From the human T2T-CHM13v2.0 reference genome, Homo sapiens, in the NCBI RefSeq assembly GCF_009914755.1, contig NC_060937.1: a DNA stretch of 64,000 nt; one strand, 5' to 3'. How positions within the stretch are numbered: the stretch's first letter is position 1; the number at the start of each line of letters is the position of its first letter. The notes under the pieces were generated by a model that had not been told where the DNA came from, searched no databases, and worked only from the letters and a program-made list of their open reading frames with translations. Below are positions 27,601-45,761 of this stretch, piece by piece. Made by a program: the position numbers and the translations under genes.

Positions 27601-30600
27601 TCAAATATATATTATATGCTGCACATAAAATATCAAAGTACCCAAAGTATGTGTTATATACTGTACATAAAATATCAAAGTACCCAAAGTATATATTATA
27701 TACTGTACATAAAATATAAAATACCCCAAATATATATTATATGCTGTACATAAAATATCAAAGTACACAAAATATGCATAATGTACTGTACATAAATTAT
27801 CAAAGGACCCAAAATATATATTATATAGTGTACATAAAATATCAAAATACCCAAAATATATATTATATACTGTACATAAAATACCAAAGTACCCAAAGTA
27901 TATATTATATACTGTATAAAAAATATCAAAGTAGCCAAAATATGTATTATACACTGTACATAATATATGAAAGTACCCAAACATTTATAATAAACTGTAC
28001 ATAAAATATCAATGTACTCAAACTATATATTATGTGCGGTACTTAAGATATCAAAGTACCCATACTATATAGTATGTACTGTACTTAAAATGTCAAAATA
28101 CCCAAAATATATATTATATACGTTACATAAACTATCAAATACACAAAGTATGTATTACATACTGTACATAAAATAGCAAAGTTCCCAAAATATGTATTAT
28201 ATACTGTACATAAAATATGAAAGTACCCAACCATTTATAATAAACTCTACATAAAATACCAAAGTACCCAAACTGTGTATTATATACTCTCCATAAAATA
28301 TCAAAGTACCCAAAATATATATTGTCAACTGTACATGAAATATCAAAGTAGCCAAAATATATATAGTATACCGTACATAAAATATAAAAGTACCCCAAAT
28401 ATGTATTATATACTGTACATAAAATATCAAAGTACCGATAATACATATTATATACTGTACATAAAATATCAGAGGACCCAAAATAAACATTATATACTGT
28501 ACATAAAATCTCCAAATACTCAAAATATATATTACATACTGTACATAAAATATCAAAGTACCCAAATTATGTATTATATACTGTACATAAAATATCAGAG
28601 TACCCAAAATATGCATTATATACTGTACATAAAATATGAAAGTAACAAAACATTTATAATAAACTGTACATAAAATATCAAAGTACTCAAACTATATATC
28701 ATATACTGTACATAAAATATCAAAGTACCCAAACTGTGTATTATTATATACTGTATATAAAATATCAAAGTACCTGAAATATATACTGTATACTGTACAT
28801 AAAATATCAAAGTACCCAAAATATATACTATATACTGTACATAAAATATGAAGGTACATCAAATATATATTATATCCTGTACATAAAATATCAAAGTACA
28901 CCTATTATATATTGTGTACTGTACATAATATATTAAATCGCCCAAATATATATTGTATACTGTATATAAAATATGAAGGTACTTCAAATATATATTATAT
29001 TCTGCACATAAAATATCAAAGTACCCAAAGTATGCATTACATACTGTACATAAAATATCAAAGTACACATATTATCTATTATATAATGTACATAAAATAT
29101 GAAGGTTCATCAAATATATATTATATTCTGTACATAATATATCAAAGTACATCAAATATATGTTATATACTGTACATAAAATATCAAAGTACCAAAAATA
29201 TGTATTATATACTGTACATAAAACATGAAAGTAACCAAACATTTATAATAAACTGTACATAAAATATCAAAGTACTCAATCTACATATTATATACAGTAT
29301 ATAAAATATCAAAGTACACAAACTGTATATTATATACTGTACATAATATATCAAAGTACCCAGAATATATAGCATACTGTACTTAAAATATCAAAGTACC
29401 CAAAATATATATTGTATACTGTACATAAAATATGAAGGTACATCAAAGATATATTATATTCTGTACATAAAATATCAAAGTACACCAAATATATATTATA
29501 TGCTGTACATAATATATTAAAGTTGCCCATATATACATTATATACTGTACATAAAATATGAACGTACATCAAATATATAGTATATGCTGCACATAAAATA
29601 TCAAAGTACCCAAAGTATGTATTATACACTGTACATAAAATATCAAAGTACCAAAAGTATATATTACATACTGTAAATAAAATATGAAGGTACCTCAAAT
29701 ATATATTATATTCTGTACATAAAATATCAAAGTACACCAAGTATATACTATATACTCTGCATAAAATATTAAATTACCCAAAATATGTATTGCATTGTGT
29801 ACATAAAATATGAAAGTAACCAAACATTTATAATAAACTGTACATAAAATATCAAAGTACTCAAACTGTATATTATATACTGTACATAAAGTATCAAAGT
29901 ACCCAAACTGTGTAGTATATACTGTACATAAAATATCAAGGTACCCAAAATATATATTGTAAACTGTAGATAAAATATCAAAGTACCCAAAATATATATT
30001 ATATACTGTACATAAAATATGAAGGCACATCCAATATATACTATATTCTGTACATAAAATATCAAAGTACACCAAATGTATATTATATACTGTACAAAAA
30101 ATATCAAAGTACCCAAAGTGTATATTATATACTGTACATAAAATATGAAGGTTCATCAAATATATTTTATATTCTGCACATAATATATCAAAGTACAGCA
30201 AATATATATTATATACTGTACATAAAATATCAAAGTACCCAAAATATGTATTATATACTGTACATAAAATATGAAAGTAACCAAACATTTATAATAAACT
30301 GTACATAAAGTATCAAAGTACTCAAACTACATATTATATACAGTATATAAAATGTCAAAGTACCCAAACTGTATATTATATACTGTACATAATATATCAA
30401 AGTACCCGAATATATAGCATACTGTACATAAAATATCAAGGTACCCAAAGTGTGTATTATACACTGCACATAAAATATGAAGGTACATAAAATATATATT
30501 GTATTCTCTACATAAAATATCAAAGTACTCCAAATATATATTATATGCTGTACATAATATATTATAGTCGCCCAAATATATATTATATACTGTACATAAA

Positions 30601-33102
30601 ATATGAAGGTACATCAAATATATATTATATGCTGCACATAAAATATCAAAGTACCCAAAGTATGTGTTATATACTGTACATAAAATATCAAAGTACCCAA
30701 TGTATATATTATATACTGTACATAAAATATAAAATACCCCAAATATATATTATATGCTGTACATAAAATATCAAAGTACACAAAATATGTATTATATACT
30801 GTACATAAAATACCAAAGGACCCAAAATATATATTATATACTGTACATATAATATCAAAATACCCAAAATATATATTATATACTGTACATAAAATACCAA
30901 AGTACCCAAAGTATATATTATATACCGTACAAAAAATATCAAAGTAGCCAAAATATGTATTATACACTGTACATAATATATGAAAGTACCCAAACATTTA
31001 TAATAAACTGTACATAAAATATCAATGTACTCAAACTATATATTATGTGCGGTACATAAGATATCAAAGTACCCATACTATATAGTATATACTGTACTTA
31101 AAATATCAAAATACCCAAAATATATATTATATACGTTACATAAACTATCAAATACACAAAGTATGTATTATGTACTGTACATAAAATAGCAAAGTTCCCA
31201 AAATATGTATTACATACTATACATAAAATATGAAAGCACCCAACCATTTATAATAAACTCTACATAAAATACCAAAGTACCCAAACTGTGTATTATATAC
31301 TGTCCATAAAATATCAAAGTACCCAAAATATATATTGTAAACTCTACATAAAATATCAAAGTAGCCAAAATACATATTGTATACTGTACATAAAATATAA
31401 AAGTACCCCAAATATATATTATATACTGTACATAAAATATCAAAGTACCCATAATACATATTATATACTGTACATAAAATATCAAAGGACCCAAAATAAA
31501 CATTATATACTGTACATAAAATATCCAAATACTCAAAATATATATTACATACTGTACATAAAATATCAAAGTACCCAAATTATGTACTATATACTGTACG
31601 TAAAATATCAGAGTACCCAAAATATGCATTATATACTGTACATAAAATATGAAAGTAACAAAACATTTATAATAAACTGTACATAAAATATCAAAGTACT
31701 CAAACTATATATCATATACTGTACATAAAATATCAAAGTACCCAAACTGTGTATTATTATATACTGTATATAAAATATCAAAGTACCTGAAATATATATT
31801 GTATACTGTACATAAAATATCAATGTACCCAAAATATATACTATATACTGTACATAAAATATGAAGGTACATCAAATATATATTATATCCTGTACATAAA
31901 ATATCAAAGTACTCCTATTATATATTGTGTACTGTACATAATATATTAAATCGCCCAAATATATATTGTATACTGTATATAAAATATGAAGGTACTTCAA
32001 ATATATATTATATGCTGCACATAAAATATCAAAGTACCCAAGGTATGCATTACATACTGTACATAAAATATCAAAGTACACAAATTATATATTATATACT
32101 GTACATAAAATATGTAGGTTCATCAAGTATATTTTATATTCTGTACATAATATATCAAAGTACATCAAATATATATTATATACGGTACATAAAATATCAA
32201 ATTACCCAAAATATATATTATTTACTGTACATAAAATATGAAAGTAACCAAACATTTATAATAAACTGTACATAAATTATCAAAGTACTCAATCTACATA
32301 TTATATACGGTATATAAAATATCAAAGTACACAAACTCGATATTATATACTGTACATAATATGTCAAAGTACCCAGAATATATACCATACTGTACATACA
32401 ATATCAAAGTACCCAGAATGTATATTGTATACTGTACATAAAATATGAAGGTACATCAAAGATATATTATATTCTGTACATAAAATATCAAAGTACACCA
32501 AATATATATTATATGCTGTACATAATATATTAAAGTTGCCCATGTATACATTTTATACTGTACATAAAATATGAAGGTACATCAAATATATAGTATATGC
32601 TGCACATAAAATATCAAAGTACCCAAAGTATGTATTATATACTGTACATAAAATATCAAAGTACCAAAAGTATATATTACCTACTGTAAATAAAATATGA
32701 AGATACCTCAAATATATATTATATTCTGTACATGAAATATCAAAGTACACCAAGTATATACTATATACTCTACATAAAATATTAAATTACCCAAAATATG
32801 TATTGTATTGTGTACATAAAATATGAAAATAACCAAACATTTATAATAAACTGTACATAAAATATCAAAGTACTCAAACTTTATATTATATACTGTACAT
32901 AAAGTATCAAAGTACCCAAACTGTGTAGTATATACTGTACATAAAATATCAAGGTACCCAAAATGTATATTGTAAACTGTAGATAAAATATCAAAGTACC
33001 CAAAATATATATTATATACTGTACATAAAATATGAAGGCACATCCAATATATATTATATTCTGTACATAAAATATCAAAGTACACCAAATGTATATTATA
33101 TA

Positions 33103-33396
33103 CTGTACATAAAATATAAAACTACCCCAAATATATCTTATATACTCTACATAAAATATCTAAGTACCCAAAATATATATTATATACTGTACATAATATA
33201 TCAAAGTACCCATAGTATGTATTATATCCTGTACATAAAATATGAAAGTACGTCAAATATATATTCTATTCTGCACATAAAATATCATATTGCACCAAAT
33301 ATATATTGTATACTGTATATAAAATATGAAGGTACTTCAAATATATATTATATGCTGCACATAAAATATCAAAGTACCCAAAGTATGCATTATATA
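33103..33396 (+). repeat. 294-bp optional block, copy 4
   Basis: Same diagnostic monomers; carries the ATCTAAG variant. Confidence 0.88.
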
Positions 33397-36300
33397 CTGT
33401 ACATAAAATATCAAAGTACCCAAAGTGTATATTATATACTGTACATAAAATATGAAGGTTCATCAAATATATTTTATATTCTGCACATAATATATCAAAG
33501 TACAGCAAATATATATTATATACTGTACATAAAATAACAAAGTAACAAAAATATGTATTATATACTGTACATAAAATATGAAAGTAACCAAATATTTATA
33601 ATAAACTGTATATAAAATATCAAAGTACTCAAACTACATATTATATACAGTATATAAAATATCAAAGTACCCAAACTATATATTATATACTGTACATACT
33701 ATATCAAAGTACCCGAATATAGAGCATACTGTACATAAAATATCAAATTACCCAAAATATATATTGTATACTGTACATAAAATATGAAGGTACATCAAAG
33801 ATATATTATATTCTGTACATAAAATATCAAAGTACACCAAATATATATTATATGCTGTACAGAATATATTAAAGTCGACCAAATGTATATTATATACTGT
33901 ACATAAAATATGAAGGTACATCAAATATATATTATATGCTGCACATAAAATATCAAAGAACCCAAAGTATGTATTATATACTGTACATAAAATATCAAAG
34001 TACCCAAAGTATATATTATATACTGTACATAAAATATAAAATACCCCAAATATATATTATATGCTGTACATAAAATATCAAAGTACACAAAATATGCATT
34101 ATGTACTGTACATAAATTATCAAAGGACCCAAAATATATATTATATAGTGTACATAAAATATCAAAATACCCAAAATATATATTATATACTGTACATAAA
34201 ATACCAAAGTACCCAAAGTATATATTATATACTGTATAAAAAATATCAAAGTAGCCAAAATATGTATTATACACTGTACATAATATATGAAAGTACCCAA
34301 ACATTTATAATAAACTGTACATAAAATATCAATGTACTCAAACTATATATTATGTGCGGTACTTAAGATATCAAAGTACCCATACTATATAGTATGTACT
34401 GTACTTAAAATATCAAAATACCCAAAATATATATTATATACGTTACATAAACTATCAAATACACAAAGTATGTATTACATACTGTACATAAAATAGCAAA
34501 GTTCCCAAAATATGTATTATATACTGTACATAAAATATGAAAGTACCCAACCATTTATAATAACCTCTACATAAAATACCAAAGTACCCAAACTGTGTAT
34601 TATATACTCTCCATAAAATATCAAAGTACCCAAAATATATATTGTCAACTGTACATAAAATATCAAAGTAGCCAAAATATATATAGTATACCGTACATAA
34701 AATATAAAAGTACCCCAAATATGTATTATATACTGTACATAAAATATCAAAGTACCGATAATACATATTATATAGTGTACATAAAATATCAGAGGACCCA
34801 AAATAAACATTATATACTGTACATAAAATATCCAAATACTCAAAATATATATTACATACTGTACATAAAATATCAAAGTACCCAAATTATGTATTATATA
34901 CTGTACATAAAATATCAGAGTACCCAAAATATGCATTATATACTGTACATAAAATATGAAAGTAAGAAAACATTTATAATAAACTGTACATAAAATATCA
35001 AAGTACTCAAACTATATATCATATACTGTACATAAAATATCAAAGTACCCAAACTGTGTATTATTATATACTGTATATAAAATATCAAAGTACCTGAAAT
35101 ATATACTGTATACTGTACATAAAATATCAAAGTACCCAAAATATATGCTATATACTGTACATAAAATATGAAGGTACATCAAATATATATTATATCCTGT
35201 ACATAAAATATCAAAGTACACCTATTATATATTGTGTACTGTACATAATATATTAAATCGCCCAAATATATATTGTATACTGTATAAAAAATATGAAGGT
35301 ACTTCAAATATATATTATATGCTGCACATAAAATATCAAAGTACCCAAAGTATGCATTACATACTGTACATAAAATATCAAAGTACACATATTATCTATT
35401 ATATAATGTACATAAAATATGAAGGTTCATCAAATATATATTATATTCTGTACATAATATATCAAAGTACATCAAATATATATTATATACTGTACATAAA
35501 ATATCAAAGTACCAAAAATATGTATTATATACTGTACATAAAACATGAAAGTAACCAAACATTTATAATAAACTGTACATAAAATATCAAAGTACTCAAT
35601 CTACATATTATATACAGTATATAAAATATCAAAGTACACAAACTGTATATTATATACTGTACATAATATATCAAAGTACCCAGAATATATAGCATACTGT
35701 ACTTAAAATATCAAAGTACCCAAAATATATATTGTATACTGTACATAAAATATGAAGGTACATCAAAGATATATTATATTCTGTACATAAAATATCAAAC
35801 TACACCAAATATATATTATATGCTGTACATAATATATTAAAGTTGCCCATATATACATTATATACTGTACATAAAATATGAACGTACATCAAATATATAG
35901 TATATGCTGCACATAAAATATCAAAGTACCCAAAGTATGTATTATACACTGTACATAAAATATCAAAGTACCAAAAGTATATATTACATACTGTAAATAA
36001 AATATGAAGGTACCTCAAATATATATTATATTCTGTACATAAAATATCAAAGTACACCAAGTATATACTATATACTCTGCATAAAATATTAAATTACCCA
36101 AAATATGTATTGCATTGTGTACATAAAATATGAAAGTAACCAAACATTTATAATAAACTGTACATAAAATATCAAAGTACTCAAACTGTATATTATATAC
36201 TGTACATAAAGTATCAAAGTACCCAAACTGTGTAGTATATACTGTACATTAAATATCAAGGTACCCAAAATATATATTGTAAACTGTAGATAAAATATCA

Positions 36301-39300
36301 AAGTACCCAAAATATATATTATATACTGTACATAAAATATGAAGGCACATCCAATATATACTATATTCTGTACATAAAATATCAAAGTACACCAAATGTA
36401 TATTATATACTGTACAAAAAATATCAAAGTACCCAAAGTGTATATTATATACTGTACATAAAATATGAAGGTTCATCAAATATATTTTATATTCTGCACA
36501 TAGTATATCAAACTACAGCAAATATATATTATATACTGTACATAAAATATCAAAGTACCCAAAATATGTATTATATACTGTACATAAAATATGAAAGTAA
36601 CCAAACATTTATAATAAACTGTACATAAAGTAACAAAGTACTCAAACTACATATTATATACAGTATATAAAATGTCAAAGTACCCAAACTGTATATTATA
36701 TACTGTACATAATATATCAAAGTACCCGAATATATAGCATACTGTACATAAAATATCAAGGTACCCAAAGTGTGTATTATACACTGCACATAAAATATGA
36801 AGGTACATAAAATATATATTGTATTCTGTACATAAAATATCAAAGTACTCCAAATATATATTATATGCTGTACATAATATATTATAGTCGCCCAAATATA
36901 TATTATATACTGTACATAAAATATGAAGGTATATCAAATATATATTATATGCTGCACATAAAATATCAAAGTACCCAAAGTATGTGTTATATACTGTACA
37001 TAAAATATCAAAGTACCCAATGTATATATTATATACTGTACATAAAATATAAAATACCCCAAATATATATTATATGCTGTACATAAAATATCAAAGTACA
37101 CAAAATATGTATTATATACTGTACATAAAATACCAAAGGACCCAAAATATATATTATATACTGTACATAAAATATCAAAATACCCAAAATATATATTATA
37201 TACTGTACATAAAATACCAAAGTACCCAAAGTATATATTATATACCGTACAAAAAATATCAAAGTAGCCAAAATATGTATTATACACTGTACATAATATA
37301 TGAAAGTACCCAAACATTTATAATAAACTGTACATAAAATATCAATGTACTCAAACTATATATTATGTGCGGTACATAAGATATCAAAGTACCCATACTA
37401 TATAGTATATACTGTACTTAAAATATCAAAATACCCAAAATATATATTATATACGTTACATAAACTATCAAATACACAAAGTATGTATTATATACTGTAC
37501 ATAAAATAGAAAAGTTCCCAAAATATGTATTATATATATTATAAATATGTACATAAAATATGAAAGTACCCAACCATTTATAATAAACTCTACATAAAAC
37601 AACAAAGTACCCAAACTGTGTATTATATACTGTCCATAAAATATCAAAGTACCCAAAATATATATTGTAAACTCTACATAAAATATAAAAGTAGCCAAAA
37701 TACATATTGTATACTGTACATAAAATATAAAAGTACCCCAAATATATATTATATACTGTACATAAAATATCAAAGTACCCATAATACATATTATATACTG
37801 TACATAAAATATCAAAGGACCCAAAATAAACATTATATACTGTACATAAAATATCCAAATACTCAAAATATATATTACATACTGTACATAAAATATCAAA
37901 GTACCCAAATTATGTACTATATACTCTACGTAAAATATCAGAGTACCCAAAATATGCATTATATACTGTACATAATATATGAAAGTAACAAAACATTTAT
38001 AATAAACTGTACATAAAATATCAAAGTACTCAAACTATATATCATATACTGTACATAAAATATCAAAGTACCCAAACTGTGTATTATTATATACTGTATA
38101 TAAAATATCAAAGTACCTGAAATATATATTGTATACTGTACATAAAATATCAAAGTACACAAAATATGTACTATATACTGTACATAAAATATGAAGGTAC
38201 ATCAAATATATATTATATCCTGTACATAAAATATCAAAGTACACCTATTATATATTGTGTACTGTACATAATATATTAAATCGCCCAAATATATATTGTA
38301 TACTGTATATAAAATATGAAGGTACTTCAAATATATATTATATGCTGCACATAAAATATCAAAGTACCCAAGGTATGCATTACATACTGTACATAAAATA
38401 TCAAAGTACACAAATTATATATTATATACTGTACATAAAATATGTAGGTTCATCAAGTATATTTTATATTCTGTACATAATATATCAAAGTACATCAAAT
38501 ATATATTATATACGGTACATAAAATATCAAATTACCCAAAATATATATTATTTACTGTACATAAAATATGAAAGTAACCAAACATTTATAATAAACTGTA
38601 CATAAATTATCAAAGTACTCAATCTACATATTATATACGGTATATAAAATATCAAAGTACACAAACTCGATATTATATACTGTACATAATATGTCAAAGT
38701 ACCCAGAATATATAGCATACTGTACATACAATATCAAAGTACCCAGAATGTATATTGTATACTGTACATAAAATATGAAGGTACATCAAAGATATATTAT
38801 ATTCTGTACATAAAATATCAAAGTACACCAAATATATATTATATGCTGTACATAATATATTAAAGTTGCCCATGTATACATTTTATACTGTACATAAAAT
38901 ATGAAGGTACATCAAATATATAGTATATGCTGCACATAAAATATCAAAGTACCCAAAGTATGTATTATATACTGTACATAAAATATCAAAGTACCAAAAG
39001 TATATATTACCTACTGTAAATAAAATATGAAGATACCTCAAATATATATTATATTCTGTACATGAAATATCAAAGTACACCAAGTATATACTATATACTC
39101 TACATAAAATATTAAATTACCCAAAATATGTATTGTATTGTGTACATAAAATATGAAAATAACCAAACATTTATAATAAACTGTACATAAAATATCAAAG
39201 TACTCAAACTTTATATTATATACTGTACATAAAGTATCAAAGTACCCAAACTGTGTAGTATATACTGTACATAAAATATCAAGGTACCCAAAATGTATAT

Positions 39301-39432
39301 TGTAAACTGTAGATAAAATATCAAAGTACCCAAAATATATATTATATACTGTACATAAAATATGAAGGCACATCCAATATATATTATATTCTGTACATAA
39401 AATATCAAAGTACACCAAATGTATATTATATA

Positions 39433-39726
39433 CTGTACATAAAATATAAAACTACCCCAAATATATCTTATATACTCTACATAAAATATCTAAGTACCCA
39501 AAATATATATTATATACTGTACATAATATATCAAAGTACCCATAGTATGTATTATATCCTGTACATAAAATATGAAAGTACGTCAAATATATATTCTATT
39601 CTGCACATAAAATATCATATTGCACCAAATATATATTGTATACTGTATATAAAATATGAAGGTACTTCAAATATATATTATATGCTGCACATAAAATATC
39701 AAAGTACCCAAAGTATGCATTATATA
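39433..39726 (+). repeat. 294-bp optional block, copy 5
   Basis: Same diagnostic monomers, ATCTAAG variant; 6330 bp from copy 4. Confidence 0.88.
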
Positions 39727-42700
39727 CTGTACATAAAATATCAAAGTACCCAAAGTGTATATTATATACTGTACATAAAATATGAAGGTTCATCAAATAT
39801 ATTTTATATTCTGCACATAATATATCAAAGTACAGCAAATATATATTATATACTGTACATAAAATAACAAAGTAACAAAAATATGTATTATATACTGTAC
39901 ATAAAATATGAAAGTAACCAAATATTTATAATAAACTGTATATAAAATATCAAAGAACTCAAACTACATATTATATACAGTATATAAAATATCAAAGTAC
40001 CCAAACTATATATTATATACTGTACATACTATATCAAAGTACCCGAATATATAGCATACTGTACATAAAATATCAAATTACCCAAAATATATATTGTATA
40101 CTGTACATAAAATATGAAGGTACATCAAAGATATATTATATTCTGTACATAAAATATCAAAGTACACCAAATATATATTATATCCTGTACAGAATATATT
40201 AAAGTCGACCAAATGTATATTATATACTGTACATAAAATATGAAGGTACATCAAATATATATTATATGCTGCACATAAAATATCAAAGTACCCAAAGTAT
40301 GTGTTATATACTGTACATAAAATATCAAAGTACCCAAAGTATATATTATATACTGTACATAAAATATAAAATACCCCAAATATATATTATATGCTGTACA
40401 TAAAATATCAAAGTACACAAAATATGCATAATGTACTGTACATAAATTATCAAAGGACCCAAAATATATATTATATAGTGTACATAAAATATCAAAATAC
40501 CCAAAATATATATTATATACTGTACATAAAATACCAAAGTACCCAAAGTATATATTATATACTGTATAAAAAATATCAAAGTAGCCAAAATATGTATTAT
40601 ACACTGTACATAATATATGAAAGTACCCAAACATTTATAATAAACTGTACATAAAATATCAATGTACTCAAACTATATATTATGTGCGGTACTTAAGATA
40701 TCAAAGTACCCATACTATATAGTATGTACTGTACTTAAAATGTCAAAATACCCAAAATATATATTATATACGTTACATAAACTATCAAATACACAAAGTA
40801 TGTATTACATACTGTACATAAAATAGCAAAGTTCCCAAAATATGTATTATATACTGTACATAAAATATGAAAGTACCCAACCATTTATAATAAACTCTAC
40901 ATAAAATACCAAAGTACCCAAACTGTGTATTATATACTCTCCATAAAATATCAAAGTACCCAAAATATATATTGTCAACTGTACATGAAATATCAAAGTA
41001 GCCAAAATATATATAGTATACCGTACATAAAATATAAAAGTACCCCAAATATGTATTATATACTGTACATAAAATATCAAAGTACCGATAATACATATTA
41101 TATAGTGTACATAAAATATCAGAGGACCCAAAATAAACATTATATACTGTACATAAAATATCCAAATACTCAAAATATATATTACATACTATACATAAAA
41201 TATCAAAGTACCCAAATTATGTATTATATACTGTACATAAAATATCAGAGTACCCAAAATATGCATTATATACTGTACATAAAATATGAAAGTAACAAAA
41301 CATTTATAATAAACTGTACATAAAATATCAAAGTACTCAAACTATATATCATATACTGTACATAAAATATCAAAGTACCCAAACTGTGTATTATTATATA
41401 CTGTATATAAAATATCAAAATACCTGAAATATATACTGTATACTGTACATAAAATATCAAAGTACCCAAAATATATACTGTATACTGTACATAAAATATG
41501 AAGGTACATCAAATATATATTGTATCCTGTACATAAAATATCAAAGTACACCTATTATATATTGTGTACTGTACATAATATATTAAATCGCCCAAATATA
41601 TATTGTATACTGTATATAAAATATGAAGGTACTTCAAATATATATTATATGCTGCACATAAAATATCAAAGTACCCAAAGTATGCATTACATACTGTACA
41701 TAAAATATCAAAGTACCCAAAGTGTATATTATATACTGTACATAAAATATGAAGGTTCATCAAATATATTTTATATTCTGCACAAAATATATCAAAGTAC
41801 AGCAAATATATATTATATACTGTACATAAAATAACAAAGTACCAAAAACATGTATTATATACTGTACATAAAATATGAAAGTAACCAAATATTTATGATA
41901 AACTGTATATGAAATATCAAAGTACTCAAACTACATATTATATACAGTATATAAAATATCAAAGTACCCAAACTGTATATTATATACTGTACATACTATA
42001 TCAAAGTACCCGAATATATAGCATACTGTACATAAAATATCAAAGTACCCAAAATATATATTGTATACTGTACATAAAATATGAAGGTACATCTAAGATA
42101 TATTATATTCTGTACATAAAATATCAAATTACACCAAATATATATTATATGCTGTACATAATATATTAAAGTCGACCAAATATATATTATATACTGTACA
42201 TAAAATATGAAGATACATCAAATATATATTATATGCTGCACATAAAATATCAAAGTACCCAAAGTATGTATTATACACTGTACATAAAATATCAAAGTAC
42301 CAAAAGTATATATTACATACTGTAAATAAAATATGAAGGTACCTCAAATATATATTATATTCTGTACATAAAATATCAAAGTACACCAAGTATATACTAT
42401 ATACTCTGCATAAAATATTAAATTACCCAAAATATGTATTGTATTGTGTACATAAAATATGAAAGTAACCAAACATTTATAATAAACTGTACATAAAATA
42501 TCAAAGTACTCAAACTGTATATTATATACTGTACATAAAATATCAAAGTACCCAAACTGTGTAGTATATACTGTACATAAATTATCAAGGTACCCAAAAT
42601 ATATATTGTAAACTGTAGATAAAATATCAAAATACCCAAACTATATATTATATACTGTACATAAAATATGAAGGCACATCAAATATATATTATATTCTGT

Positions 42701-45700
42701 ACATAAAATATCAAAATACACCAAATGTATATTATATACTGTACATAAAATATCAAAGTACCCAAAGTGTATATTATATACTGTACATAAAATATGAAGG
42801 TTCATCAAATATATTTTATATTCTGCACATAATATATCAAAGTACAGCAAATATATATTATATACTGTACATAAAATATCAAAGTACCCAAAATATGTAT
42901 TATATACTGTACATAAAATATGAAAGTAACCAAACATTTATAATAAACTGTACATAAAGTAACAAAGTACTCAAACTACATATTATATACAGTATATAAA
43001 ATGTCAAAGTACCCAAACTGTATATTATATACTGTACATAATATATCAAAGTACCCGAATATATAGCATACTGTACATAAAATATCAAAGTACCCAAAGT
43101 GTGTATTATACACTGCACATAAAATATGAAGGTACATAAAATATATATTGTATTCTGTACATAAAATATCAAAGTACTCCAAATATATATTATATGCTGT
43201 ACATAATATATTAAAGTCGCCCAAATATATATTATATACTGTACATAAAATATGAAGGTACATCAAATATATATTATATGCTGCACATAAAATATCAAAG
43301 TACCCAAAGTATGTGTTATATACTGTACATAAAATATCAAAGTACCCAAAGTATATATTATATACTGTACATAAAATATAAAATACCCCAAATATATATT
43401 ATATGCTCTACATAAAATATCAAAGTACACAAAATATGTATTATATACTGTACATAAAATACCAAAGGACCCAAAACATATATTATATACTGTACATAAA
43501 ATATCAAAATACCCAAAATATATATTATATACTGTACATAAAATACCAAAGTACCCAAAGTATATATTATATACCGTACAAAAAATATCAAAGTAGCCAA
43601 AATATGTATTATACACTGTACATAATATATGAAAGTACCCAAACATTTATAATAAACTGTACATAAAATATCAATGTACTCAAACTATATATTATGTGCG
43701 GTACATAAGATATCAAAGTACCCATACTATATAGTATATACTGTACTTAAAATATCAAAATACCCAAAATATATATTATATACGTTACATAAACTATCAA
43801 ATACACAAAGTATGTATTATATACTGTACATAAAATAGAAAAGTTCCCAAAATATGTATTATATATATTATAAATATGTACATAAAATATGAAAGTACCC
43901 AACCATTTATAATAAACTCTACATAAAACAACAAAGTACCCAAACTGTGTATTATATACTGTCCATAAAATATCAAAGTACCCAAAATATATATTGTAAA
44001 CTCTACATAAAATATAAAAGTAGCCAAAATACATATTGTATACTGTACATAAAATATAAAAGTACCCCAAATATATATTATATACTGTACATAAAATATC
44101 AAAGTACCCATAATACATATTATATACTGTACATAAAATATCAAAGGACCCAAAATAAACATTATATACTGTACATAAAATATCCAAATACTCAAAATAT
44201 ATATTACATACTGTACATAAAATATCAAAGTACCCAAATTATGTACTATATACTGTACGTAAAATATCAGAGTACCCAAAATATGCATTATATACTGTAC
44301 ATAAAATATGAAAGTAACAAAACATTTATAATAAACTGTACATAAAATATCAAAGTACTCAAACTATATATCATATACTGTACATAAAATATCAAAGTAC
44401 CCAAACTGTGTATTATTATATACTGTATATAAAATATCAAAGTACCTGAAATATATATTGTATACTGTACATAAAATATCAAAGTACACAAAATATGTAC
44501 TATATACTGTACATAAAATATGAAGGTACATCAAATATATATTATATCCTGTACATAAAATATCAAAGTACACCTATTATATATTGTGTACTGTACATAA
44601 TATATTAAATCGCCCAAATATATATTGTATACTGTATATAAAATATGAAGGTACTTCAAATATATATTATATGCTGCACATAAAATATCAAAGTACCCAA
44701 GGTATGCATTACATACTGTACATAAAATATCAAAGTACACAAATTATATATTATATACTGTACATAAAATATGTAGGTTCATCAAGTATATTTTATATTC
44801 TGTACATAATATATCAAAGTACATCAAATATATATTATATACGGTACATAAAATATCAAATTACCCAAAATATATATTATTTACTGTACATAAAATATGA
44901 AAGTAACCAAACATTTATAATAAACTGTACATAAATTATCAAAGTACTCAATCTACATATTATATACGGTATATAAAATATCAAAGTACACAAACTCTAT
45001 ATTATATACTGTACATAATATGTCAAAGTACCCAGAATATATAGCATACTGTACATACAATATCAAAGTACCCAGAATGTATATTGTATACTGTACATAA
45101 AATATGAAGGTACATCAAAGATATATTATATTCTGTACATAAAATATCAAAGTACACCAAATATATATTATATGCTGTACATAATATATTAAAGTTGCCC
45201 ATGTATACATTTTATACTGTACATAAAATATGAAGGTACATCAAATATATAGTATATGCTGCACATAAAATATCAAAGTACCCAAAGTATGTATTATATA
45301 CTGTACATAAAATATCAAAGTACCAAAATTATATATTACCTACTGTAAATAAAATATGAAGATACCTCAAATATATATTATATTCTGTACATGAAATATC
45401 AAAGTACACCAAGTATATACTATATACTCTACATAAAATATTAAATTACCCAAAATATGTATTGTATTGTGTACATAAAATATGAAAATAACCAAACATT
45501 TATAATAAACTGTACATAAAATATCAAAGTACTCAAACTTTATATTATATACTGTACATAAAGTATCAAAGTACCCAAACTGTGTAGTATATACTGTACA
45601 TAAAATATCAAGGTACCCAAAATGTATATTGTAAACTGTAGATAAAATATCAAAGTACCCAAAATATATATTATATACTGTACATAAAATATGAAGGCAC

Positions 45701-45761
45701 ATCCAATATATATTATATTCTGTACATAAAATATCAAAGTACACCAAATGTATATTATATA

